Shown here piece after piece: positions 40,910 through 53,400 of a DNA stretch of 56,540 bases; the stretch's first letter is position 1; every line of letters begins with the position of its first letter. The notes beneath the pieces are model-generated. The model was given only the letters and a program-made list of their open reading frames with translations, searched no databases and was not told where the DNA came from. The position numbers and the translations under genes are program-made. This DNA comes from Prorocentrum cordatum (Eukaryota): NCBI GenBank assembly GCA_963575745.1, contig CAUYUJ010000087.1:62001-118540 (forward strand), given 5' to 3'.

Positions 40910-41464
40910 TGGCCACTTGAGGGGCTCGTCGGGGGCCAGTTCGGGGCGTCGTCGGGGCCGCTTAGAAGCCTCTTGGAAGCTGCTTGGGGCCTCTTCGGAC
41001 CTGTTATGGGCGTCTCGCAGGCCTCTTGGGAGATCCTAGGACCAGTTTGGGGTGGAGGGCTCGAAAGGCCCCTTCGCGTTCACCCTCTTGGGGCCGTCTT
41101 GGAGGCCTCCTGGGCCGTCTTGGGGGCCCTCTTGGGCCAGGATGGGTTGATCTTGGGGCTTGCTTGGGCCATCGTGGGGCGATGTGGTGGTCTCCGTGGG
41201 CCGTCTTCACGCGGTGAACACCCGAAAAGGCGAGATCCGCAAAATCGTTTCAACAAACTACAAGAGACAAATGATGTGGGCCTCTGGAAGCTCCCCTGCC
41301 TCAGGACGAGTCACTCGGGGCGCCCTAAAAATGCGGAAACCCGCGAAGTCCCGGGATCGGAAGCCTTGGGCGTTTTGAACATCATTTTTAATATTCGACA
41401 GATAGGACTCGAACGAAGGGACCTGAGGACACTCCACACCGTGCCTTGAGGCACGGTGGCGGAT
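40910..41464. mobile_element. Probable non-autonomous repeat: degenerate short GGGGCC/TCTTGG repeats ending in a GC-rich hairpin
   Basis: Low-complexity GCCGTCTTGGAGGCCTC-type repeats at 40930-41180; perfect stem-loop CACCGTGCCT-TG-AGGCACGGTG at 41437-41458. Confidence 0.35.
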
Positions 41465-41829
41465 TGGAAGTGGATATGGTGTTAATTGTCGCTACTGTGG
41501 TTGCGCTAGCTCTAGCCAGGAATGGGATTTGAGCTCGATATGTTACTTTCTGAGTCGAGTGTAGCTTGAGTGTTGGCTTGTTTGCCCTCAACCCTTGAGT
41601 GTTGGCTTGTTTGCCCTCAGCCCTCGCCTTAGCCGAAACATTCGTTCGATGCTGAGTTTCCGTGTGTTTGGTGTGGCGTTGGCTTTTCTGCGATCGTCGA
41701 TTTCGCTTGAGAGCGACATTACCACACTTCTCTCCGTGCAGACGACACCACGAAACCACAACACTTGCGCATCACGGCACACCACACCACCCAGGCGACA
41801 CCATTGGATCGAGCGCTTGCGTCAGCGCG

Positions 41830-42127
41830 GCTCGTTCGGGCCTCCCGTTTGGTAGTCCATGCCTCGCGGCACTCTACGTGCCAAGAAGAGCACGCGGAGG
41901 TATAAGGACCATCCACTTTTTTGTTCGAGATTCGTTCTGGCCTCCCGTTTGGTAGTCCATGCCTCGCGGCCTTCTACGTGCCAAGAAGAGCACGCGGAGG
42001 TAGACGGACCATCCACTTTTTTGTGCGAGACTCGTTCTGGCCTCTTGTTTGGTAGTCCATGCTTCGCGGCACTCGTACGTGCCAAGAAGAGCACGCGGAG
42101 GTAGACGGACCATCCACTTTTTTGTTT
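41830..42127 (+). repeat. 100-bp tandem repeat, 3 copies
   Basis: GGTAGTCCAT anchors at 41851, 41951 and 42051. Confidence 0.92.
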
Positions 42128-42717
42128 GAAATTTCGGACAGCCCATATGAGTTGCGCCGCGTCACCGCCCACAGGGAAGTGTGGCTAATTCATTGTTGTG
42201 TTTGTTTACGCCTCGAGCGTCACGGTGCCAAGGCCCACCGCCGCGAGCAGCCCGCTGGATTCCGAAGGGATCCTCAAAATATGTTATTTGTCGCAGCGGC
42301 GGCCATCACCATAGTCCATAGGAACTTGCGGTAGGCAGTTGGCCATCTGCTATCGCCGATTGCCGAGGTGTTTTTTGGGAATTACCGAGTGGGCGTCGAT
42401 CATTCAGTTCTCATCGCTTGCACCGCCATCTTTCAGATCTTACCGCATGCACCACCTCTTCACCCCATCTCATCTCTGATCGACGCTCTTCCCGAATACC
42501 GGCAGCTAATGTCTTGAGCCATTCTGCTTGAGAAATGCTCTGCCGAGCAGACGGTGGACGCGCCACCTCTGATTTGAGACTTAATGTGGCTAGCGAGCCC
42601 TCTTTCCAGCTCATATATTTTCTGCACCTGCCCCTTTTCTCCTCCACGTCTCGCTCCCCCGCCACGCCCTCCTCCTCCTCCTCCTCATTCTCCTCCTCCT
42701 CTTCCTCCTCCTCCGTC

Positions 42718-42965
42718 CCCTGTGTTAAAGTCCTAGGAATGACGTTCTGGCACGATTCAGGATCGTCAAGACGCAACAATCAGGTTGATCCGAGGCGTTG
42801 GGATCCCGAGAACAATGTTTTGGCATATTTCAGGGTCTTCAAACGGGTGTCTTCCAACGAGGCAGTTCCATCAATGGAAATGAACCGTTGTAGGGGCCTA
42901 TGAAGAGGGAGCTTGGAGGGAGGGTTTACTCCAACATCGTTGATGACTCTTGGGTTTACACTGGC
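42718..42965 (+). mobile_element. Short interspersed retro-fragment copy 1, flanked by (CCT)n
   Basis: Closely similar to 46368-46611; CCT tracts on both sides. Confidence 0.7.
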
Positions 42966-44607
42966 CCTTCTCCTCCTCCTCATCCTCCGAGTTGGTGCGC
43001 CAGCGATGAAGGCCGCTCCACAAGTGAGCACGCTCTCTCTGGCATGCCGCGGGGCCGTGGCCCCATCCCATCTGAGTCACCGCTTCGGGGTTGGATCCTC
43101 GCGCCGCGAATACTCAATCAGTGGTTCGGGGCTGCTCCGCTGGAGCCCGAAACTGGATCAATGTTTGGCAGTGTCTTCGCTGTGGCTACCGGTACCCGAG
43201 ACTGGATCAATGCTTGTGAGAGCCTTCGTTGTGGAGCGTGCGACCAGAGGACGAGCGGAGTCGCCTCGCAATCGGCCCAGGCGACATGCCCTGCCACACT
43301 TGGGAGACACGGTATCCTTTCCCAGTCGAGGACTCGCCTTTTTTTTCACTTCTGGGTTTGGGCCTCACCATGCAATGCCGTGCAGACCTAGAGGGCGGCT
43401 TTCTGTTGACGACCCCGGCGCTGGCGGGCAGAGTTGATTGGCTCCGTGTCGTGAAAGTTCTTTCGGCCTCCTCACGCTCCTGGGTTACGTTTCCTCCCCC
43501 TCCTGTTACTGTTACTGCTACCCCTTTCAAAGCACGAGTCACCTCTGAAACTACCATGCCGGCTTGGGGCAAGCCTACCCGCTAGGCACCACCAAACTAG
43601 ATCCGACGCAGCATCGCTTGAGAGCCTCTCCCTCTTCGAGGCGACGTCAGAATACACACGGCGACGACGGGGAGACCAAACGATGGGAGAAGAGACGAGC
43701 GACGGGGCAGAGGGGACAAAGAAGGAAACGACAACAACGCTACCGAGGGCCCGAACGGGTCAGGACCTTAATTAACTCTCCCCGCACGCTTCTCCTCCTC
43801 CTCCTCCTCCTCCTCCTTCTCCCCCTCCCCCTCTTCATCCCCCATCCTTCTTCCTTACAAGCGACTCCTCGCCGCGCCACGTGTCAATACGGCGAGGGGG
43901 GTGTTTCGCCTGAGTGGAGTGGAGACGAGTTGCTTTGTTCTCGCGTTAGCGCCGCGCACATTCGTCTGTTAACAGCTTCAGAGGAACAACCAGGATGGAC
44001 GGCGAGGCTGGTGGTTTGCAAAGTGGGATTTTCGTTTTGGTGCCGCACGAATGCTGTTGCAATGTTTTCAGCAGGGACAGGGGTGGAGGGCGAATCGTTT
44101 TCAAAGAGTGGCTTTCGCCTTAGCTCCGTGCACGCTGCTCTTGACAGTCATGCATGCTATAAGTGTGGAGGACGGCTTCTTTTCAGCATGAGGTTCTTGC
44201 TTCATTGAAAGTTCACGCCTCTGTAAAAGCAAACCGAATAGATGGCGGTTCGGCCTCAAAGTCGGGCTCCAGCGTTAAAGCTCATCAGCAAAATCTTGAA
44301 TTCTAAGTAGCGAATACGGGATTGTGGAACAGTGATATGGACAGTGATAGCTTTGCAACATGAAGTGCTCGCTACAGACGTTTTCGGAAACTGGAGAAGT
44401 TGTTGCAGAAGCGCATGTGTGTTCGACAACTGCGCGGACGAAGGGCGGCTCCGTTTGAAGACGGGACTATCGCATGATACGACCTCGAACTTAATTGCCC
44501 TGCTGCTTCGTGTCCTTTGGGTCAGCAGGATGCGGAACAGTCCCTCTCCTGCGCGAGACCCTCACGAGAATGGCACAACGATCAATACTTTTCCCCTGAT
44601 GTACCCA

Positions 44608-44725
44608 GTGATCGTTGTTATCGTTGTTATCGTTATCGATATCGTTATGATCGTTGTGATCGTTGTGATCGTTGTCATTGATCATTGGTCGTTGTTATCC
44701 TTTCGTTGTGATCGTTGTCGATCGT
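44608..44725. repeat. Degenerate (GATCGTTGT)n minisatellite
   Basis: Directly visible. Confidence 0.8.
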
Positions 44726-45119
44726 TGTGGGGAGGTGTCTAAGGATGGGGGGGGCATTGCAGCATATTGCAGCAGCGTTGATGCATCCTAGGTTCCTGGA
44801 ACTATGGGACTATCTGCGAATAGGTCGTGCTAGCACAGCCTGCCCTGCCGAAACGACCGCCGAGAGGTTACCCATCGCCTCTAATGGGCGGGGCGTCGCT
44901 CGTCCTCATCGCAGCCCACCCCCACCCTCCCCCCCATTCACCCTCCACCCCCCATCCCTGGACGGCCTTGCTGCGCAGGGCGCGCAGCAGCTCACGCAAT
45001 TCAGGTTCTCTTCCTCCATTCCCTTTCCTTATACATAACTCCTCCCTCCCGCATCCCGAGGCTAGTTTTTGGGGCGCTCTGGCGTTTCGCCTGAGACTTC
45101 CTCACCACTTATGACAACC

Positions 45120-46290
45120 TTTTCACAGATGGAGGGCGGGCCGTTTTCAAAATATCGCTCTCGCCTTACCGCCGCGCACATTCGTTCAAATAAAAATGAA
45201 GAAATGTACGGATTGACGGCGGGTCGTTTTCAAAATGTGGTTCTCGCTTGAGCGCCGCGCACATTCGTTTGAAAAAATTCAAAATGTTCACGGACTGAGG
45301 GCGGGTTGTTTTCGCAATGTGGTTCTCGCCTTAGCGCCGCGCACATTCGTCTTAAACATTTTCAAAAGTTTCACGGATTGAAGGCGGGTCGTTTTCAAAA
45401 TGTGGTTCTCGCTTTAGCGCCGCGCACATTCGTGTTAGAAATTTGCAAGGGCTTCACGGATTGAGGGCGGGTCGTTTTCGAAATGTGGCTCTCGCTTCAG
45501 CGCCGCGCACACTCGTGTTAAATAGTTGCAAAAGCTTCACGGATTGAGGGCGGGTCGTTTTCAAACTGTGGTTCTCGCCTTAGAGCCGCGCACATTCCTT
45601 TGAAACCTTTTCAAGAGCCTCACGGATTGAGGGCGGGTCGTTTTCAAAGTGCGGTTATTTTTTTCAGCGCGGCACACACTCGTTTTAAAAAACTTACAAG
45701 AGCTTTACGGATTGAGGGCGGGTCGTTTTAAAAACTTGGCTCTCGCTTTAGAGCCGCGTTCATTCGTTTTCAAAAACTTGTAATTTCACGGATTGCGGGC
45801 GGGTCGTTTTCAAAATGTGGTTCTCGCCCCAGCGCCGTGCAGATTCGTTTCAACAATGTCCGAGATTTTCACGGATTGAGGGCGGGTCGTTATCAAAGTG
45901 CGGTTCTCGCTGTAGCTCTGCGCACACTCGTTTTGTAAATTTGCAAGGGCTTCGCGGATTGAGGGTGGCCCGTTTTCGAAATATGGTTTTCGCTTTGGCG
46001 CCGCGTTCATTCGTGTCAAAAACTGCAAGAGCTTCACGGATTGAGGGCGGGTCGTTTTCAAAATGAGGCTCTCGCCTCAGAGCCGCGCAGATTCGTTTCA
46101 AAAATTTGCAAGAGCTTCACGGATTGAGGGCGGGTCCTTTTGATAATGTGGCTCTCGCCTAAGCGCGGCGCGCATTCGTTGTAAAAAATTGCACGAGCAT
46201 CACGCATTGAAGGCGGGTCGTTTTCAATGTGTGGCTCGCGCTTGAGCACCGCGCATACTCGTTTTGAAAATTTGCCAGATCTTCACGGAT
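45120..46290 (+). repeat. 83-bp tandem satellite array, ~14 units
   Basis: CGGATTGAGGGCGGGTCGTTTTCAAAATGTGGTTCTCGC-type anchors at 45209, 45291, 45374, 45457, 45540... Confidence 0.93.
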
Positions 46291-46611
46291 TCCCATCATC
46301 AACGTACCATAAATGGTGTTTCGGAAAGATTCAGGATTACACGGGCGCAACAGTTACGTTGATCCTCTGTGTTGAACTCCTAGGAATGGCGTTCTGGCAC
46401 GATTCAGGATCGTCAAGACGCAACAATCACGTTGATCCGAGGCGTTGGGATCCCGAGAACAATGTTTTGGTATATTTCAGGGTCTTCAAACGGGTGTCTT
46501 GCAACGAGGCAGTTCCATCAATGGATATGAACTTTTGTAGGGGCCTATGAAGAGGGAGTTTGGAGGGAGGGTTTACCCCAACATCGTTGATGACTCTTGG
46601 GTTTACACTGG
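46290..46611 (+). mobile_element. Short interspersed retro-fragment copy 2 with (CCT)n tail (46612-46673)
   Basis: Homology with copy 1 from 46368; same 3' end (GGGTTTACACTGG) followed by a pure (CCT)n tract. Whether 46290-46367 belongs to the element is inferred only. Confidence 0.7.
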
Positions 46612-47009
46612 TCCTCCTCCTCCTCCTCCTCCTCCTCCTCCTCCTCCTCCTCCTCCTCCTCCTCCTCCTCCTCGTCAGCCTCCTCCCCCACCCCACCCCC
46701 CCGAAGGCAGGGGAAGTTGGGGGGCGGGCCGAACTCACTCAAACGCGCGACGGTCGGCGGCCGACCCTCTCCTCATGTCTCCTGGGCTCCCCCAAAGCGC
46801 GGGAGCTACGAGCGCGTGGGCTGCAGATTGCCGCGGCAAGCACCTCAAGCTTGCCGGGGTCTCGGTCGAGCGGGGCCCTTGGACCGACCTTCGAAGGGTC
46901 TGCCAGCCCCGCCGCGAGGCTCTCTCACAGGCAGGGTCGCCCCTGTCTCTGGCCTGCCTCTCTTATTTTTTGGCAGTAGACCCAGGAGGAGGTCTGCCAT
47001 GCGGCGTGT

Positions 47010-47270
47010 GCTCGTTTCGCCCAGGTCTCGTTTCGCCGGGCTCGCTTCGCCCAGCTCGCTTCGCCCCCCGGCTCGTTTCGCCCGGCTCGCTTCGCCCAGC
47101 TCGCTTCGCCCGGCGCTTGCTTCGCCCCGGCTCGCTTCGCCCAGCTCGCTTCGCCCGGCTCGCTTCGCCCAGGGCTTGCTTCGCCCAGCTCGCTTCGCCT
47201 GGCTCGCTTCGCCCAGGGCTTGCTTCGCCCGGCTCGCTTTGCCCAGCTCGCTTCGCCCAGTTCTCTTCGC
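47010..47270 (+). repeat. ~14-bp minisatellite (GCTCGCTTCGCCCA/G)n
   Basis: Directly visible. Confidence 0.9.
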
Positions 47271-47380
47271 GCCAAAGAGCAAGAGGAGGAGGACGAGGAC
47301 GAGGACGAGGGAGGAGGAGGAGGAGGAGGAGGAGGAGGAGTTCCTTTTCCTCTTCCTCCTCCTCCTCCACCTCCTCCTCC

Positions 47381-47422
47381 TCCGTAGCCCTTTTGGCTCC
47401 AGTCCGTAGCGGTTTCGCTCAG
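47381..47422 (+). other. Two tandem relict spliced leaders
   Basis: TCCGTAGCCCTTTTGGCTCCAG (20/22 to DinoSL, 47381-47402) followed by the more decayed TCCGTAGCGGTTTCGCTCAG (47403-47422). Confidence 0.85.
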
Positions 47423-50400
47423 AACTTGGCATTATGGTGTGGGGGAGAGACGGCCCCCGACAGCTCAGAGTCTCCCTCTCAGCTTGCCAAGGCTGGAGGC
47501 TCTTCCCTTTCACATACTTTCATTGTTATAGCTCTGAGGTGTTCAGCCTCGCACGACCAAACAGCATGCGCCTTGGGTTTATTCTCGCTCTGCTGCTGAT
47601 GAGTGGAAGCTCGCAGCCGCTAAACCAGACTTGCTCAAACGTTGGTGGTGCGGCTGTGGAAAGAATAAGAGGTCGGCTAACATTTGCTTCCAGTACGGCG
47701 CGCCCCTCTACTCCAAGGAGCCATGCCCGAGCAGCAGCTGGCCGCGGCAGAGGCCGAGGCGCCAGGCAAGCTATTGCGCTGGCGCAACGGCCGCGGGCGC
47801 GGCGCTGGGGGCGATGCAGCAGGAGGCAGAGGCAACGGCAAGGGCAAAGGCGACGGCAAAGGGCAGCCAGGCGACCCACGCCCACCTCTGCGCGCCGGGC
47901 CCCAGTTCGCCAACGGTGCTGACCCCATGGCGCTCGACGTCCACAGGATGCAGCGAGAAGAGGTCCAGCAGCTCTCGGCTCTGGCCAGCGAGCAGGGCCT
48001 CACCATGGTTGCCAGCCAGTGCAAGCTCCGCCTGCTAGAGTTGGACCGCCTGGCTGCTGGCCCTCTATCTCTGCCGCCTGAGAAGCAGCTGTTACTATTG
48101 GTCGACGAGAGAGATGGTCATATCAAGTAGAAGAAGAGCTGGGCCTGGTCGACAAGTGGGAAAAAAAGAGCATGGCACGGCAGAGGGAGAAGATTCAAGA
48201 GCTCAGCGTTGAGCTCGACGCTTTCGACTCCAAGATCGCCGGCATCAAGCTCAAGCTCTCCGAGGAGGCCAATCGTCCACGTTCCCAAGATGGCCCTCCA
48301 GCGGCAGGAACGCGGCTGGGCACTCTCTTGGACGGCATTTGCACCATCGATTGTCGAAATATGCTCCAAGTGGGCGATGGGGAATATGATTTGTCGGAAG
48401 GAGATAAGAAGGAGCCCCAGCAGTGAATGCAGAAGTTGGAGGAACTCATTGCTGAAATGCGAAGTCCCTTTTCTCTCAAGCCAGCGACCAGTTCGATAAA
48501 CTCAAGGCTGAGCATGCTCAGCAGTGCGCAAGGTTCACTCAGGAGCGCAAGGCCTCTGACGGCTCTGCTCGGGATGGAGGCGGCGAAGCAGGCGGCGCAG
48601 CGGCAGCGGCCGCAGCCCCAGTTAATCCCGAGGTGGTGGAGATCGACGACTCCGCTTCCAATGCTGCCCCCGACGCGCGTGCTCGCGCCCGCGATAACAC
48701 GAGCAAGTTGGAACAGGCAGGAGCCCCCGATGGCGCTTCTGCCCGAGGGGGGCCCAGCCCCTTGATGGAAGGGGCGCGCAGGACAGACCGGGGCGCCCGC
48801 TGGGCCCGCCGCCCCTCGGAGGCTCGCCTAGCTTCTGGGCGGCGAACTCGGAAGACCTGGAGCGGCCTGCTCTAGGCTTCGCAATCGCAGCAGCTGGCGT
48901 TCCTGACGCGAGGCTGCATGCAGCCCGAGCCCCAGGCCCGCGCCACCGCGCCCACATGCGGGGCGACTTCGGCGCCGCTCCCAGCTCCGAGGGCAACGAG
49001 TGGATCGCGTTCTGCCGCTGGATCAGGCGCCGGGGCCAAGGCCCTTCCAGGCGCCGGCGGCAACGCCGCCGCCGCGGAGGCCCCGGCAACCCGGGGGCCC
49101 GCCACCGCAACGCCTCCGGCGCCTGAGGGGGCCCAGCCACAAGGTCGACACAGAGGGGCACAGGCTCCCCCAGGGACCGGTGCGAGCGCCGCTGCCGCGG
49201 AGGCCCCGGCAACCCGGGTGCCCGCCGCCGCCGCGCCGCCGAGCGCAGGAGAGGCCCAGCCGCATGAAGGATTCAGAGGTGCTCAATCGGCTTCTTTGCA
49301 GGGATCTCTCTTCAGCCTCCGTCGGCGCGCTGGGTGTCTGAGGTCCGAGCGCGCGCGCGCGCGGCGCGCCGCGGGCGCCCCCGTCGCGGGGCGTCGAGGC
49401 TCAGGGAGAAGCGCCGTGGGGGATGTGGCAGTCGCGAGGCCCGCGGGCCCTCCGAGCGCCGCGAGCCCCCGTCCGGGGACCGCCGTCGGCACGGGGGGTG
49501 GGAATCGCGCCGCCGCCTGTCCGGCAGCGCGGGCGGGGCCCGCCTGCCACGGGGGGGCGTTAAGGGAGGAGCTCGGCGAGCACTCTAAGGCCGCCCCCCC
49601 AGGGCAAACACACCCCCACGACATGCCTCCTTCGTGTCAAGATGGCGCCGATGACAAGCACCAAGGCGCTGCCGCCGACGGGGCGCAGCATGCGCAGACC
49701 GAGCTGGACGACATGCTTCAGCTAGCGACTTACAATTGCACTTTCTGGGCTACGGGCCAGGCTTTCTTGGAATGGACGCACCGCGACAAAGGCCAGGAGG
49801 GCCACCATTACGTTCTGCAGGAGACGCGCGTGCAACACGGCAGCGCGGCGCCCCCTATATCGCGAGCGGGCCAGGCTGGCTTCGCTATGCACGCGGGTGC
49901 TGCGACAGCCAATGGAGATGGAGTTGCTGCGGTTTCCCGCTCTTCGGTTGGGGCGAAGCATCTCGCGCTTGCATGCCCCAAGCGCTTGCGGCGCAGGCTC
50001 GTGGCGCAGCTGGTCTCGGTCGCGACTGACGTATCGTATTTGCATTGGTCTACCTTGTGACCAATGAAGGGTTGGGCCTGAGGAAACAAGACCCCCCTTC
50101 CATTCTGGGCAAGTTCATGACGTCTGCGGAGCGGCCCGCGATCGTCGGCGGCGACTGGGGCACTCCCGTGGACGAGCTGGCGGCGTCCAACTGGCCAGGC
50201 TTGCTGCACCTCCAAGCCGCGGCGCCTGATGATGACACCTGTAGTAGCAGCGCCCTCGACTATTTCACGATGTCGCAGCGCCTTCGCCCGCACGCGACAA
50301 AGGCCCGGGTCTTTTTCGACGCGCCCCGAGGTCCGCGCGCCAGGGCCCCCCTGGGGCTAAAAGGCCTAGTGGGCCCAGCAAAAGTTTGGCAGCGCGCCGC

Positions 50401-53400
50401 GCCCCGCGGTTTCCCGCTCGACCCGCCTTCCGACTCGGATGGAGTCGAAGCCCCAAGGCCCGACCTCACCGGTTGCGTTTGGTCTCGGGAAGCAGGGCCC
50501 CCTCCCCCGAGGCCCCGAGGATTCTGGAGGCGGCCCAGACATGGTTTAAAACGGCGGAGTTTTACATTCAGGCTCGCGCATGACCCCGCCCGGGGAAACG
50601 GCCGAGCATTCGGGCAGGGCGAAAAGCCGTCGGTTTCAAACGACGCCACTCCGAGTGGCGCGGGGCAGAGAGCTAACGCGACGCTCGACGGCAGGCACGG
50701 CAAATTGGCTACAGTTGCGGCGCACTTCAACGCAGCTTTTGGGGCTGACCAAGGAAAAGGATGGTCGGACGGGGGCGGCTTGGGGGAGGCTCTTGGAAGG
50801 TCTCGATCAGGTCAGCCCTGGTTTCGTCTCGGCGCAACCGGAGATGCTGAGGGATCACTCGGGCCGCTATTTCTTGGAAGGTCTCCAGGACCCAGACAAG
50901 CGCCCAGGTCTCCTGGCCGACCTTTCCCTGCAGGCCGGCGCCAGGCCTGCGAGTTACGCGGCCAAGTCGAGACAGGCGTGGCAGGACTTCGCTCAGCCGT
51001 CTGCGTTGTGGGGAGGCCGCATAGCCCACCGTTTCAGCCAAGGCCCCAAGCCCACCCCTGAGCACATCCTGGGGCGCGCCGTGGATGGGGGCGCCCCTTT
51101 GGCGGGCCACGCTGCCCTTAAGAAGCTCCTCGAGGAGTGGGCCCCGATTTGGAACCAGGAGTCGAGGGCCCACGAGGAGCACCAAAGCTTTTGGGAGGTC
51201 TCATTTTTTTGCAGCCGATTTCGGCAGACGACATCCGACCTGCGTGCAAGTGCTTCGCTGAGGGCGCGGCCTTGGGCTGGGGCGGTTCCCACCCGCGGCC
51301 GCCGCTCCAGCTGCCCCCCGGGGTAGTGCAGAGATCTGCAGATGCGCACAATGCGCGGGGGTGCGACCCCAGGGCCTCGGCGCCCCGGGCGATCTTGATC
51401 GTTTTCCTTGATAAGCCGACGGGGGGTGCAAGACCGACCGGTTTGCACCGGCCTCTGGCCCGCGCGCGATCGAAGGCCCAACAGAGGGCCTGCATCGCTT
51501 GGGAGAAGAATGCTTCGGACGTGCTTAGGGGCCAGTCTAGGGCCACCTCTTGCGAGAGGAGCGCGTGGCTCCACAGCGCTCTTCCGGCGCTTGCCAGGCC
51601 AAGGCACCCGGCGCCTGGCTCGGCCTTCTTGGGTTCGAAAAAGTTATACGAGAACATGTCTCACCTTGAAATCAGGCCCGCGGCGGCCCACGCGGGCTTG
51701 CCCGAGAGCCTCTTGCGAGGTTCACGCCGCCTTCATCGGGCGGGGCGGCGCGCGGTTCCCCAGGGGGCCACGAGCAAACTTTTGGAATCCAACGACACCG
51801 TCGTTGCAACCTGCTCCTGCGCGACGACCTCGGCCAGGGTCCTGCAGCTGGAAATTCCCCGGCGAGCCCATCCGGAGGCCCCGATCGCCAAGATAAAGAA
51901 CGTCATTGACGATGCGTCCTTCCACGCGGTCGGAGGGGGGGCGACAGTTTCAGGGCAATGAGGATTGGCTTTCAATGTTGCTGCTTCAGAGACGCAGGCC
52001 AAGGGCCCCCCGATCTTGCGGAATAAGGCAGGCGCGCTGGCCAACTCCAATGCGCTCGCCAAGCTCACGGCAGAAGAGCCCCCCCCCGAGCTGGCCGACA
52101 GCAGGGAAGCGGCGCGCAGAGATCTGGGAGGGATGCTTCGGATTGGCGGTTTTGGAGGATATCGATTCACCTAGATCGGTACTTATCTGCCAAGGGGCGC
52201 GCGATCAAACTACGCACCTTCCAGAGGCAGGTGCCACGACTTTTCGCATGCATCGTTCAGGCCCCACTGCGGCTGCTGCGCGGGGCTCGCGCGTCCACGG
52301 CCTAGGCGACGCCAGTCTCCACGGCCTTAGAGTCTGGCGGCTCGCGCGGAGGGCAGATTCCCTCGGGGTTCTTCGGCGGGGCTTTACCTTGGTAGCCGGC
52401 GTCAAGGTTGGAGGCGACGGCAGACTCGATTTGCCAATAGTGTTGCGAAGTTCTTTGCGAGGGCCAACTGTCGAGGGCTGTCCTGGAGGCTCTCGTGATT
52501 GTTGCCAACAAGAATGTTGCTGCGGAAAGGCCATGGGTGTCCTGCAGAGACCCTGTGGCGGCGGTGGCCATTACGGCCCAGCGTGTAGGCTGGCGCTTTC
52601 GGGAAGCGGCGACGGCGGTGGATGATCGGGGGGCTGATTGGAACCTTCGCATTTATTCGCCAGCTTGCATCGCAGGGCGATGCTTGGTGCTGGTGGCCTC
52701 TCCTGGAGTCCGCGTTTTCATATGGGTCGGACACCTGGGGCCGCCATGAGCACAATACGCTTCAGGGTCTGGTCTCGGGGCCCCACTGGATGCAAGGTAG
52801 GCTCCACGACCGGGAGCCGAGCCTCCCAGACGTTTGCCAGTTGCCACAGGGAACCCGAGGCACAATGTTTCATCGATGCGCATGCCCCGCCCACGGGCAG
52901 TTCAGACGCGATTGCATGCCCACGGAGCTGTGTAGGTCCGTCGCCAGAATTGCGGATCGCCCCCCCAGCTCGGAGGGAAAGGTTCGCGAGAGGGTTGTTT
53001 CCTGAGCCTGGCCAGTGCGTCTCTAGGCCACACTTCGATCCGAGCTGGAGGTCGGGTCCAAGGATCTCTCCAGTTGCCCCTCCTCCTCAGAGGAGGTTCT
53101 GCTTTCACCGACGGCTCAGGGCTGGGCCAGCATCATCCGACCTTGGGAGTTGCGGGCTGGAGCGCGGTGCTGCACGACAGCGAGCGGCGTTCACGCAGGC
53201 GCCCTGTTCGGAGCTGCGCCACCTGAATTCGGGGTGTCGGGCACGGCCCGAGATGGCGAAGATTCTGTCATGCTGATGCGCTCCCAGAAGGTTATGAGCA
53301 TGTATTCTGCGCGGGCACACTGTAAGGGTACACTAAGCTGCTGTCAGTCTCCAGCCATTCCTACTTCCTCGTGCAACCCGCGAGCCCGCCTGTGGAGGCA

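Noticed and set aside
45120..46290. CRISPR-like repeat-spacer array
   Set aside because: The whole 83-bp unit is homologous between copies; no unique spacers.
42718..46611. LTR pair enclosing a 3.4-kb internal region
   Set aside because: No CA end, PBS, PPT or coding interior; each copy has its own CCT tail.
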